DNA of 64,000 bases from IMG/VR virus record IMGVR_UViG_3300034095_001474, positions 128,001 to 192,000 of that record, one strand, 5' to 3'. A model generated the notes under the pieces. It saw only the letters and a list, made by a program, of their open reading frames with translations, searched no databases and had not been told where the DNA came from. Made by a program: the position numbers and the translations under genes. The stretch is from a virus. Taxonomy: Duplodnaviria > Caudoviricetes. Positions 9,849 through 17,127 of this stretch are shown piece by piece. The first letter of the stretch is position 1, and every line of letters begins with the position of its first letter.

Positions 9849-10211
9849 TTAATTTTCAATTAATCCGTTAATAATGTCAGTTAGTACATCTAACTTAATT
9901 GGTTTATCAACAAATTGACTCGCACCAGTTCGCATTGCATGTAATATTTTATAATCATCAGTAACTGCCGTTAAGAATACGATTGGTGTTATTGTGTTTT
10001 GTTTTTTAATTTCATGACACATTTCTATACCATCCATATTTGGCATACGTATATCTGTTATAACAATATCGAATGTTTCTCGTCCAAATTCTAATAAACC
10101 CATAACACCATCAGAAGCTGTAGTTACAATAAAACCATTTTTATTAAAGTAATATGATAAAAATATTAATATATCTTCTTCATCATCCACAATAAGCATT
10201 TTTTTCCCCAT
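9849..10211 (-). CDS. Stand-alone response-regulator receiver (CheY-like)
   Basis: IVDDE acidic pair, phospho-Asp in ITDIRMPNMDG, FLTA, and VDKP lysine-proline. Confidence 0.92.
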   Translation of the reverse strand: MGKKMLIVDDEEDILIFLSYYFNKNGFIVTTASDGVMGLLEFGRETFDIVITDIRMPNMDGIEMCHEIKKQNTITPIVFLTAVTDDYKILHAMRTGASQFVDKPIKLDVLTDIINGLIEN

Positions 10212-10334
10212 GTCTTAATCTCTTTTAATTTTTATTACATAAGGTGAATATAATGGTTAAATACCTTTAGGACTATATCACTTAATAGACAATCATCCGT
10301 TTTTCTAACCATATGACATATACACGTAGTTAAT

Positions 10335-10553
10335 TTATTCACTATCATATTTACTTATATTTAGATTTCCATCAATAAAAACTTCACTTAGATTCAATAT
10401 TTCTTTTGCGTGAAATACTTCAACACCTTCCAATGGAAATGCTTCGCCAGTATAATAAAAGAATCTTATCTTATACAATGGACCTTCAACCCAAAGTATT
10501 TCACTTTGACAAAGACCATAGTGTTTTAATTGTAATTTTACTTCTTGTTTCAT
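10335..10553 (-). CDS. Hypothetical protein
   Basis: 72-aa ORF translationally coupled to the upstream gene. Confidence 0.5.
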   Translation of the reverse strand: MKQEVKLQLKHYGLCQSEILWVEGPLYKIRFFYYTGEAFPLEGVEVFHAKEILNLSEVFIDGNLNISKYDSE

Positions 10554-11455
10554 TATTTATTAGTATTTGTAATCTCAGTAACAACACCTTTTATCATAAA
10601 TGATTTAATGTCTTGCCACTTTGTTATTTCATTGCTCATTACTGGCTTACCACCTTCTGGGTTTATCGCAATGGTTATGTGTGGTATTTCATTTTTGGAA
10701 TTAAACCCTTCAACTTGTACTGCCAAAGCCATATCAGATAACCCTAATTTGGTCACAGTAAGTACCACTTCTTTACCCAATTCAGATTTATCTTTCAACT
10801 CACCCAAATTTATTGTCATATGATGTGCAAATACTTTCCAATCTTGTGGTATCCATATACCCAACTTATCCATCAACGTACCTTTGGATTGTCCATCCAA
10901 CAATACACAAGAGTACAACACATCAGATTTTTTGTACATATCTTTAGATGCAAGTATTTTCTTTATGGTTAATGGACCAACAGATTTATGTGATTGTATC
11001 ATTTTTTGTATTTCAACCAATGGAACACCATGTGTATTTGATTCAGCTAATTGTTCAGCAGACAAACCTCTAGTACCCACATCAAATATTTGTATGTTGT
11101 TATCATCTAACCCCATTTCCAATGCTGCAACAACGTATGCTTTAGCACCATTAGCCTTTATGTTGGTGTTATCTATAACAACTGGCGTAATACCATCTTT
11201 AATAGATTTGATTGCGTTAGATAAGTTCTTAGAGTGCATTCTATTGAATGCTTTAGAATCGCCAGAAGTTTTTATCTTAGCAAAGAAACCTCTGTAATCA
11301 CCAGTCGCTGTTATAAGGTCATCAGTTGAATGGATAATACCGTCCAGCACAATAGACTTAGCCATTGTAGACTTTCCAGCACCTGGAATACCACGCATCA
11401 CAAACAATTCTTGTGTTGGTCTAGTTACATCGATATTTAATATATTCTTTTTCAT
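10553..11455 (-). CDS. P-loop polynucleotide kinase fused to a 2H cyclic phosphodiesterase (tRNA end-healing type)
   Basis: MRGIPGAGKST Walker A, IHSTDD, VIDNTN; C-terminal paired HHMTI and PHITI 2H motifs. Confidence 0.8.
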   Translation of the reverse strand: MKKNILNIDVTRPTQELFVMRGIPGAGKSTMAKSIVLDGIIHSTDDLITATGDYRGFFAKIKTSGDSKAFNRMHSKNLSNAIKSIKDGITPVVIDNTNIKANGAKAYVVAALEMGLDDNNIQIFDVGTRGLSAEQLAESNTHGVPLVEIQKMIQSHKSVGPLTIKKILASKDMYKKSDVLYSCVLLDGQSKGTLMDKLGIWIPQDWKVFAHHMTINLGELKDKSELGKEVVLTVTKLGLSDMALAVQVEGFNSKNEIPHITIAINPEGGKPVMSNEITKWQDIKSFMIKGVVTEITNTNK

Positions 11456-11492
11456 ACCACAAAAGTACGAATTTAATTCTTATAAAACAAAC

Positions 11493-12425
11493 TTATTTAA
11501 TTATTTTAATAATACTAGGGTTATATATTACATAGTGTGTTGTGTCTCTATATTCATCACCAACCATAATACCATCAATACCTAACTTAACGCAATTCCT
11601 AACAAATCCAACACCATCATACCTATAAAAATCAATCCAAACTTGCAATAAAACATCTTTGTCATTATCATTATATTGAAAAGCAGATTGTAAAAATTTA
11701 ACTAACCCTTTAGGGTATGGGTAATCATAATTAACTACATCATCTTTCCAATCCTCAGCCATCATAACCAACTTTTTTACAATTGCTGGTGTAATGGTTA
11801 ATTTACCAACTTTATCACCATACATTATCCTAGGAGTTAACTCAACATTAAAAACTCTACCTTTTTCTCCAGCATATCCGTATGCTTCTTGTTCTGATGA
11901 TGTAAAATAAACACCAGGACCATTTTGGTCAGTTGCTTCTTTACCACCTACAAACTCATCGCTAAAACCAGAAAAATCATTAGGACTACCGTGGTATGCT
12001 ATTAAATTTAAATTTTTGTATTTGTCTTCACCTAATAAAGATTCTTTAAGCATCTTCTTAATTATTTTTTTTGTTTCGTTTTCTCCCATCATAAATTTTG
12101 AATTAGGGAATAGTACTATTTCACCAAACTTACCATCTGGATATTTTGTTATAATAGCATCATATCCCTTGCTCATTAGTATGTTAGTTAGTTTTTCACC
12201 TTTAGCTTTATATTGCTTAGCTAAATCTCTTTTATATTCTATTTGAGTATCATCAGTGATATCTATATATAAAGGGTTATTTATTATAGCTTTACCTTCA
12301 ATCCAACCGTCTGGTACAAAATTAGTATTTTGCCTAACATATGTACCTTTTGGTTCAACATCTTGACCAAACCTAGAACCCAATTTAGGTGCTGGTTCTG
12401 TATTTTTAATTATATTTAATTCCAT
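11493..12425 (-). CDS. Protein with an ADP-ribosyltransferase-like C-terminal domain
   Basis: AYHGSP...GPGVYFTSSEQEAYGYA...YVIYNP follows the H..Y pattern of phage ART-like domains. Confidence 0.5.
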   Translation of the reverse strand: MELNIIKNTEPAPKLGSRFGQDVEPKGTYVRQNTNFVPDGWIEGKAIINNPLYIDITDDTQIEYKRDLAKQYKAKGEKLTNILMSKGYDAIITKYPDGKFGEIVLFPNSKFMMGENETKKIIKKMLKESLLGEDKYKNLNLIAYHGSPNDFSGFSDEFVGGKEATDQNGPGVYFTSSEQEAYGYAGEKGRVFNVELTPRIMYGDKVGKLTITPAIVKKLVMMAEDWKDDVVNYDYPYPKGLVKFLQSAFQYNDNDKDVLLQVWIDFYRYDGVGFVRNCVKLGIDGIMVGDEYRDTTHYVIYNPSIIKIIK

Positions 12426-12441
12426 ACTAATAAATATTGTT

Positions 12442-13833
12442 TTATTCGTTAAAGATTTTTTTAACTGAACCATCTTCATATATCAAAATCAACACCCCTT
12501 TGGTGTTCAAATCAACATCAGTACCATATAAGTTAACGATACGAACAACAATACGTATTTTTTTAGAGTTATCGACAGAAATTATATCATGATTTTTAAA
12601 TTTACCATCATAATCAGTTTGTTTTAATCTATAATAAGTAACGTTATCGTTTAAATCGTAATCATCATACTCATAATAATTTTGTGTGTTAGAATTACCA
12701 GCACCATTTATTGTTGCTATATTATAGAAGATAACACCATCTTGTGTCTTTTCGATATTGAAATAATCATTGTTGATTTCACTAGCTGTTGACCAAGTTA
12801 AATGGTTGTATCTTTCATTAACCTCTGCTTCAAAATATAATAATTCAATTGGTAACGCAACTGGGTCGGCTAATCCAATTTTAATGTTAGCTCTTAAACC
12901 ACCTCTAACTCCATCAGCAGTTGGATATGAAGCATCTAAAACTTTATAAGCAACTGCATTTGTTTTTGGTGTATAATAAAACCACGGTTCATCACTTGAC
13001 CAACTATTATTACGATTTTCCCACTTAATAAGTAAATTATTTATATTGTTCCAAGGGAAAGGAGTTTGCAACACAATTTCAACCCACCCAACAGTCCAAT
13101 TTACAGTCCCATCATACACTAATGTATAATTTGAAGATACGTAATTTGTTTGAGCATTCTCTTTTACAGTAGAAGACGGAAATGATGATAATGTGGTATG
13201 ACCCATATAAATCTTTTGGTTTGTTGCCGTATAAGGAATTGATGTTGCTGGGTCAACTTGAAAACGGATTTTTGTAATATTACCAACAGTGTTAATTTCT
13301 GACTGGAGATAAATCATATCAGTCCAACCATGTTTATAATAATGATTTGATGGAACATTATAATCACTAACTTCTCCACCACCAATACTTACAATAGTAC
13401 CTCCACTAGAATTACCTTTTTGGTATTTGATACGTGCATTTATTCCATTAAGAGTAGCACACGTATTACTAGATGTCCATCTAGTAAGTAACACCGAATA
13501 AGTTCCAGAAGTTGAACAATACCAAGTTATTTCAGATTGTGTGTTATTATAATCATCACTCTCTGCTAATAAAGTACCACCAGTACCAGTTGAATATAAT
13601 CTAAGGTAGGTATCAACAGTTGTTTCACCTACTGTTGAAAATGTGTATTCACTACCAGCAGTGGCGGCAAAATTAAATGCTCTCCTACCAGAACTATAGG
13701 TTGTACTATATTGTATAGTAGTAGTTGGTGTTATTGCAACATTTGTATTTGCAGTATTGCAATATTGAGATAAGGAGAAATTACTCGATAAAACTAATAT
13801 AACTAGACTTAATAATATATTTAACTTTTTCAT
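12442..13833 (-). CDS. Secreted Bacteroidota-type surface protein (PPC-like domain, LPIELLYF Ig-like module, T9SS-like C-terminal domain)
   Basis: Signal peptide; VDTYLRLY...ESDD (PPC-like); ALPIELLYFEA...WSTASEINNDYFNIEK...YYRLKQTDYDG; C-terminal IVNLYG...GVLILIYEDGSVKK. Confidence 0.75.
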   Translation of the reverse strand: MKKLNILLSLVILVLSSNFSLSQYCNTANTNVAITPTTTIQYSTTYSSGRRAFNFAATAGSEYTFSTVGETTVDTYLRLYSTGTGGTLLAESDDYNNTQSEITWYCSTSGTYSVLLTRWTSSNTCATLNGINARIKYQKGNSSGGTIVSIGGGEVSDYNVPSNHYYKHGWTDMIYLQSEINTVGNITKIRFQVDPATSIPYTATNQKIYMGHTTLSSFPSSTVKENAQTNYVSSNYTLVYDGTVNWTVGWVEIVLQTPFPWNNINNLLIKWENRNNSWSSDEPWFYYTPKTNAVAYKVLDASYPTADGVRGGLRANIKIGLADPVALPIELLYFEAEVNERYNHLTWSTASEINNDYFNIEKTQDGVIFYNIATINGAGNSNTQNYYEYDDYDLNDNVTYYRLKQTDYDGKFKNHDIISVDNSKKIRIVVRIVNLYGTDVDLNTKGVLILIYEDGSVKKIFNE

Positions 13834-13886
13834 AACATATTGTTTATTATAAATATACACAAAAAATATTGAATAGCAATAAATAA

Positions 13887-14141
13887 TTAATCAATTTTTT
13901 TTAATACATCATCACCAAATTCTTCAACTAATTTATCTTTAGTTAAAAAATATGATTTTTCTTTACCATATATGTCATATTCAATAACGCAATATTTAGT
14001 TTGTTTTGATTTATAACCTTTGATTTTAATTATAATAAATTCATCATGACCACCATTATTTAAATGGTTTTGGTCAATCATGTTGATAACATTAACCTTT
14101 TTGTTATACACAAACAATTCTCTTTTATTTTCTTTACTCAT
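13887..14141 (-). CDS. Hypothetical protein
   Basis: Short ORF downstream of the tRNA array. Confidence 0.45.
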   Translation of the reverse strand: MSKENKRELFVYNKKVNVINMIDQNHLNNGGHDEFIIIKIKGYKSKQTKYCVIEYDIYGKEKSYFLTKDKLVEEFGDDVLKKID

Positions 14142-14190
14142 AATATTTTGTTTATACAAATATACTAAAAAAAATATTGGTTATCAATAG

Positions 14191-14276
14191 CGGAAGAAGT
14201 AGGTCTCGAACCCAATACGGTTTCCCGTACCAATTGATTAGCAATCAACGCTCACACCCCGATGAGTTCATCTTCC
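14191..14276 (-). tRNA. tRNA-Ser(GCT)
   Basis: Cloverleaf with anticodon loop TT-GCT-AA, long variable arm, TTCGAGA T-loop and G73. Confidence 0.9.
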
Positions 14277-14280
14277 ATTG

Positions 14281-14353
14281 TGACCCTACAGAGATTCGAA
14301 CTCCGATTCCACCCTTAGAAGGGGCGTGTCCTATCCAGTTGGACGATAGGGCC
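14281..14353 (-). tRNA. tRNA-Arg(TCT)
   Basis: GGCCCTA/TAGGGTC acceptor, CT-TCT-AA loop, TTCGAAT T-loop. Confidence 0.93.
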
Positions 14354-14356
14354 AGA

Positions 14357-14839
14357 TTATTTTAATCTTTGTAAATGTTCTTTAATTGAATCCTTTTGTT
14401 TCTTAACCCCTTTGAAACTAGGACCATTTTTATTTATAGGAACTTCTATTGTTTTAGGTGATTTATCACCTTTTAAATTTATTGTGTATTTCCTATCATC
14501 AGTAAATGTGATTTTATTGTTGGTCTTGTTTATTGGTTCAATTTCCATTTTTAATTTTGGACCATCACCAGATTTAATTCTATGTATTTGAACATCACCG
14601 TCATATTCACCTTGAATAATGTTGTTTAAATCACCATCATCACTTCTTTCTTTTGAAAATTGTTTTGCTTCAAAGTAATCATTTCTTATACCAATAACTT
14701 CACAATCACCACCAACAGTTGCTGATATCATATCATCATTATATTGACCACCAGATTCACCACATTCACATTTTCTCCATTTGGTGTGAACTAATCTTAC
14801 AATATCTTCACATTTTTTACATCTAATTAATTTACACAT
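14357..14839 (-). CDS. Hypothetical protein inside the tRNA array
   Basis: 160-aa ORF with CKKC/CECG motifs and its own ATATTTATA upstream motif. Confidence 0.65.
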   Translation of the reverse strand: MCKLIRCKKCEDIVRLVHTKWRKCECGESGGQYNDDMISATVGGDCEVIGIRNDYFEAKQFSKERSDDGDLNNIIQGEYDGDVQIHRIKSGDGPKLKMEIEPINKTNNKITFTDDRKYTINLKGDKSPKTIEVPINKNGPSFKGVKKQKDSIKEHLQRLK

Positions 14840-14880
14840 ATTTCAATCGTTTATTATAAATATAATATTAATTCGATTTG

Positions 14881-14953
14881 TACACCTACAGAGATTCGAA
14901 CTCCGATTTAACGCTTCGTAGGCGTTTGTCCTATCCAATTGGACGATAAGTGC
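14881..14953 (-). tRNA. tRNA-Arg(ACG)
   Basis: AACGC CT-ACG-AA GCGTT anticodon arm; D and T arms nearly identical to those of tRNA-Arg(TCT). Confidence 0.93.
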
Positions 14954-14959
14954 GTGTTG

Positions 14960-15032
14960 TAGCGATAACAAAACTCGAATTTGTAATTCTGCCTTATGAG
15001 AGCAGCGTGATAACCAGTTTCACCATATCGCC
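14960..15032 (-). tRNA. tRNA with CAT anticodon (elongator Met or Ile2)
   Basis: CTGCT CT-CAT-AA GGCAG arm; AU-rich T stem ACAAA/TTTGT. Confidence 0.8.
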
Positions 15033-15044
15033 ATTTGAAATTTG

Positions 15045-15119
15045 CGGGTCCAGTCAGACTCGAACTGACATCATCCTGGTTAACAGCCAGAAGTTTTATC
15101 CAATTAATACTACAGACCC
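15045..15119 (-). tRNA. tRNA-Asn(GTT), copy 3
   Basis: TCTGG CT-GTT-AA CCAGG arm, weak D stem, G73. Confidence 0.85.
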
Positions 15120-15128
15120 GTAGTTTTG

Positions 15129-15200
15129 CTCTTCGAGGGAATTTCGAAATCCCGACCTATCCGTTAACAGCGGAGTGCTCTGCCTCTGAGCTACCGAAGA
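15129..15200 (-). tRNA. tRNA-Asn(GTT), copy 2
   Basis: TCTTCGG/TCGAAGA acceptor, CT-GTT-AA loop, G73. Confidence 0.88.
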
Positions 15201-15208
15201 ATATTTGT

Positions 15209-15285
15209 TGGAGGACTAGGTGGGACTCGAACCCACGACTTTCGCATTAACAGTGCGGAGCTCTAACCAACTGAGCTACCAATCC
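15209..15285 (-). tRNA. tRNA-Asn(GTT), copy 1 (encoded CCA, atypical U73)
   Basis: GCTC AGTTGGTTA GAGC D arm, CT-GTT-AA loop, GTGGG TTCGAGT CCCAC T arm. Confidence 0.88.
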
Positions 15286-15295
15286 TTATTTTTTG

Positions 15296-15368
15296 TGCTC
15301 CCAGAGAATTACGATATCCCGACTTCCGCATTATGAGTGCGACACTCTGACCTCTGAGTTATGAGAGC
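15296..15368 (-). tRNA. tRNA with CAT anticodon (Ile2 or Met), non-canonical T-loop
   Basis: TCGCA CT-CAT-AA TGCGG arm; T-loop is ATCGTAA rather than TTCGAAT. Confidence 0.75.
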
Positions 15369-15962
15369 TTATTTGTTGTTAATTTTGTGATGTATTTCTC
15401 TATGACAATTTGCACATACCATAATACATTTATCTAATTCTACTTTAACCTTTTCCCACGATAATACAGAATATGAACCTATAGCAAAATCTTTTTCTTT
15501 TGGGTCTAAATGATGGAATTCTAATGCTGAATCACATCTATCATATCCACATTTTCCACAACAACCACCTTTATATTCAATAGCTTTTTCTTTTAACTTT
15601 TGACGGAAGTTTTTAACTTTTTGATAGTTTCTAATTTTTAACTCTTCATCACTTAATTTAACGTACTTATTATTTGTATGTTTAGTTACTGTTGATTTAC
15701 CTATGCTAAATTTAACCATACAATCCTCAATTGTATTATTTTTATAGAATTCATTTAACTCATATATTTCAAGTTCAGTTAATTTAACCCTTTGTTCACT
15801 AATTAGATTTCCACCTAAATTATTATTATTACAATGAAACGAAATAGTACTTTTGGTACAACCCAACACTTTAATAATTTCATTATAAGTTTTACCTTCG
15901 TTTCTCAACGATAATATATTTTCTTTTAAACTCGTAGCCATATCCATATCATGTTTTTTCAT
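15369..15962 (-). CDS. HNH homing endonuclease with an N-terminal HTH
   Basis: CCGKCGY...LEFHHLDP...LVCANCHREIH; its stop codon abuts the tRNA at 15368. Confidence 0.9.
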   Translation of the reverse strand: MKKHDMDMATSLKENILSLRNEGKTYNEIIKVLGCTKSTISFHCNNNNLGGNLISEQRVKLTELEIYELNEFYKNNTIEDCMVKFSIGKSTVTKHTNNKYVKLSDEELKIRNYQKVKNFRQKLKEKAIEYKGGCCGKCGYDRCDSALEFHHLDPKEKDFAIGSYSVLSWEKVKVELDKCIMVCANCHREIHHKINNK

Positions 15963-15999
15963 AAATATACTAAGAGTTCGAAAAAAGTCAAGTTATTTG

Positions 16000-16080
16000 T
16001 TGGGGTAATGGGATTTGAACCCACATTTGCAATAACCAGTTACGAATATACACGTTATCAGCGTGCCTCGATATACCCCA
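16000..16080 (-). tRNA. Atypical tRNA-Ile(GAT)-like RNA with no D arm and a long extra arm
   Basis: TGGGGTA/TACCCCA acceptor; GCACG CT-GAT-AA CGTGT anticodon arm; GTGGG TTCAAAT CCCAT T arm. Only 7 nt lie between acceptor and anticodon stems, and there is a 25-nt variable region. Confidence 0.6.
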
Positions 16081-16091
16081 AGATGATGGAA

Positions 16092-16280
16092 TTACTTCCA
16101 TCTTGTTTTTCTGTAGTGTTTCCAAGTTTTATACATTCTAACTTGATAACTCATTTTGTTTCCATAGAAACTAATACCTTCATCCCAATATATTGGGTAA
16201 AAATCATTGATTAACATGATTCGGTATTGTCTACTATTTTGTGCTTTGTTCAGTTTTGCTCTGTTAATGTTAATGCTCAT
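16092..16280 (-). CDS. Small basic hypothetical protein inside the tRNA array
   Basis: 62-aa ORF ending MYKTWKHYRKTRWK. Confidence 0.55.
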   Translation of the reverse strand: MSININRAKLNKAQNSRQYRIMLINDFYPIYWDEGISFYGNKMSYQVRMYKTWKHYRKTRWK

Positions 16281-16400
16281 AATGTTGTGAGTCTGTGAAT
16301 AGCAGACCTTACAACATATCAAATTTCTTTTTCATAGTTTTAAATTATTAGGTTATAACCTTATATTGTATCATTATTAGGTCTAGACCTAATAATCTTG

Positions 16401-16487
16401 CGGAGAGGGAGAGATTCGAACTCTCGGAACCCTTTCGGGTCCACTGGTTTTCAAGACCAGCACCATAAACCACTCGGACACCCCTCC
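16401..16487 (-). tRNA. tRNA-Ser(TGA)
   Basis: GGAGGGG/CCTCTCC acceptor, CT-TGA-AA loop, long variable arm, G73. Confidence 0.95.
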
Positions 16488-16493
16488 AGTTAG

Positions 16494-16564
16494 CACGACT
16501 AGTAGGATTCGAACCCACATCAAGGGATTTGGAGTCCCGTATGCTACCATTGCACCATAGTCGT
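16494..16564 (-). tRNA. tRNA-Trp(CCA)
   Basis: ACGACTA/TAGTCGT acceptor, CT-CCA-AA loop, G73. Confidence 0.93.
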
Positions 16565-16586
16565 GTATTTATTAATAACCAATACG

Positions 16587-16595
16587 TCAAAGAAC
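16587..16595 (-). promoter_or_regulatory. boxA-like antitermination element
   Basis: GTTCTTTGA in the spacer between tRNA-His and tRNA-Trp. Confidence 0.5.
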
Positions 16596-16603
16596 TTTTC
16601 TTT

Positions 16604-16679
16604 TGGGGTGACTGAGGAATTTCGAAATCCCGACCTCTAGAATCACAATCTAGCACTCTTCCTCTGAGCTACAGACACC
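16604..16679 (-). tRNA. tRNA-His(GTG)
   Basis: G-1:C73 pair, CTAGA TT-GTG-AT TCTAG arm, encoded CCA. Confidence 0.92.
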
Positions 16680-16850
16680 ATTTATTGTAACCATTATAAT
16701 AATGTTACCTTTTTCTTTTTTAAATCTTAGGTCACCGTTGTAACCCAAGTCTTTTGCTTTTTGTTTAAACTTATCAACTACTGCATCAAAGTCTTTTGTG
16801 AACTTATCCGCTTTTACCGTTCCGAGTGTTCTAACCAATTCTTCTTCCAT
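16650..16850 (-). CDS. Hypothetical protein whose last 10 codons overlap tRNA-His
   Basis: 66-aa ORF; its TAG stop lies within the tRNA-His anticodon stem. Confidence 0.55.
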   Translation of the reverse strand: MEEELVRTLGTVKADKFTKDFDAVVDKFKQKAKDLGYNGDLRFKKEKGNIIIMVTINGVCSSEEEC

Positions 16851-16863
16851 AACTTATAGGCAT

Positions 16864-16893
16864 AAAAAAAAGCCTTGATTGTAGTCAAGGCTT
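16864..16893 (-). terminator. Intrinsic terminator (attenuator) upstream of the tRNA array
   Basis: AAGCCTTGA-CTACAA-TCAAGGCTT followed by a run of T residues. Confidence 0.88.
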
Positions 16894-16918
16894 CTTTGTT
16901 AATATTATCTGGAGTGTT

Positions 16919-17017
16919 TTACCACTCTATGATGTCATTAAGCATACCTTGACCGTTATGGTGACTATTGCGTCTCCAATTCGAAATCGAAATCATATGT
17001 ATGTTAATTGTTCTCAT
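16919..17017 (-). CDS. Leader peptide MRTINIHMISISNWRRNSHHNGQGMLNDIIEW (putative attenuator uORF)
   Basis: 33 codons from ATG to TAA, lying between a promoter and a terminator. Contains GGTCAAGG, complementary to the terminator 5' arm. Confidence 0.8.
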   Translation of the reverse strand: MRTINIHMISISNWRRNSHHNGQGMLNDIIEW

Positions 17018-17067
17018 CGTTTTTATATTAAATATATTGTTTTTTCTAAAAGTTTTAATTTATACTA

Positions 17068-17098
17068 CAAATGTACGAACTTTATTTTGATTTGTCAA
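17068..17098 (-). promoter_or_regulatory. Bacteroidota-type promoter driving the leader and tRNA operon
   Basis: TTG-N20-TACATTTG. Confidence 0.78.
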
Positions 17099-17127
17099 GT
17101 TTTTTTGTAATTATTTTTATTTATTTT

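Noticed and set aside
13848-13855. T4 late promoter TATAAATA
   Set aside because: Matches fall on the non-coding strand of the downstream genes. The gene-oriented motif is its complement, ATATTTAT(A/T).
16278-16345. Hairpin GTTGTAAGGTCTGC/CAGACTCACAAC with a tiny uORF (MKKKFDML) as a second attenuator
   Set aside because: There is no U-tract and no evident alternative pairing. It may simply occlude the start of the 16092-16280 gene.
14177-16656. ORF-track entries overlapping the tRNA array (14177-14365, 15035-15250, 15951-16214, 16348-16656)
   Set aside because: They are shadows of tRNA genes or of the HNH gene, with no protein-like features.
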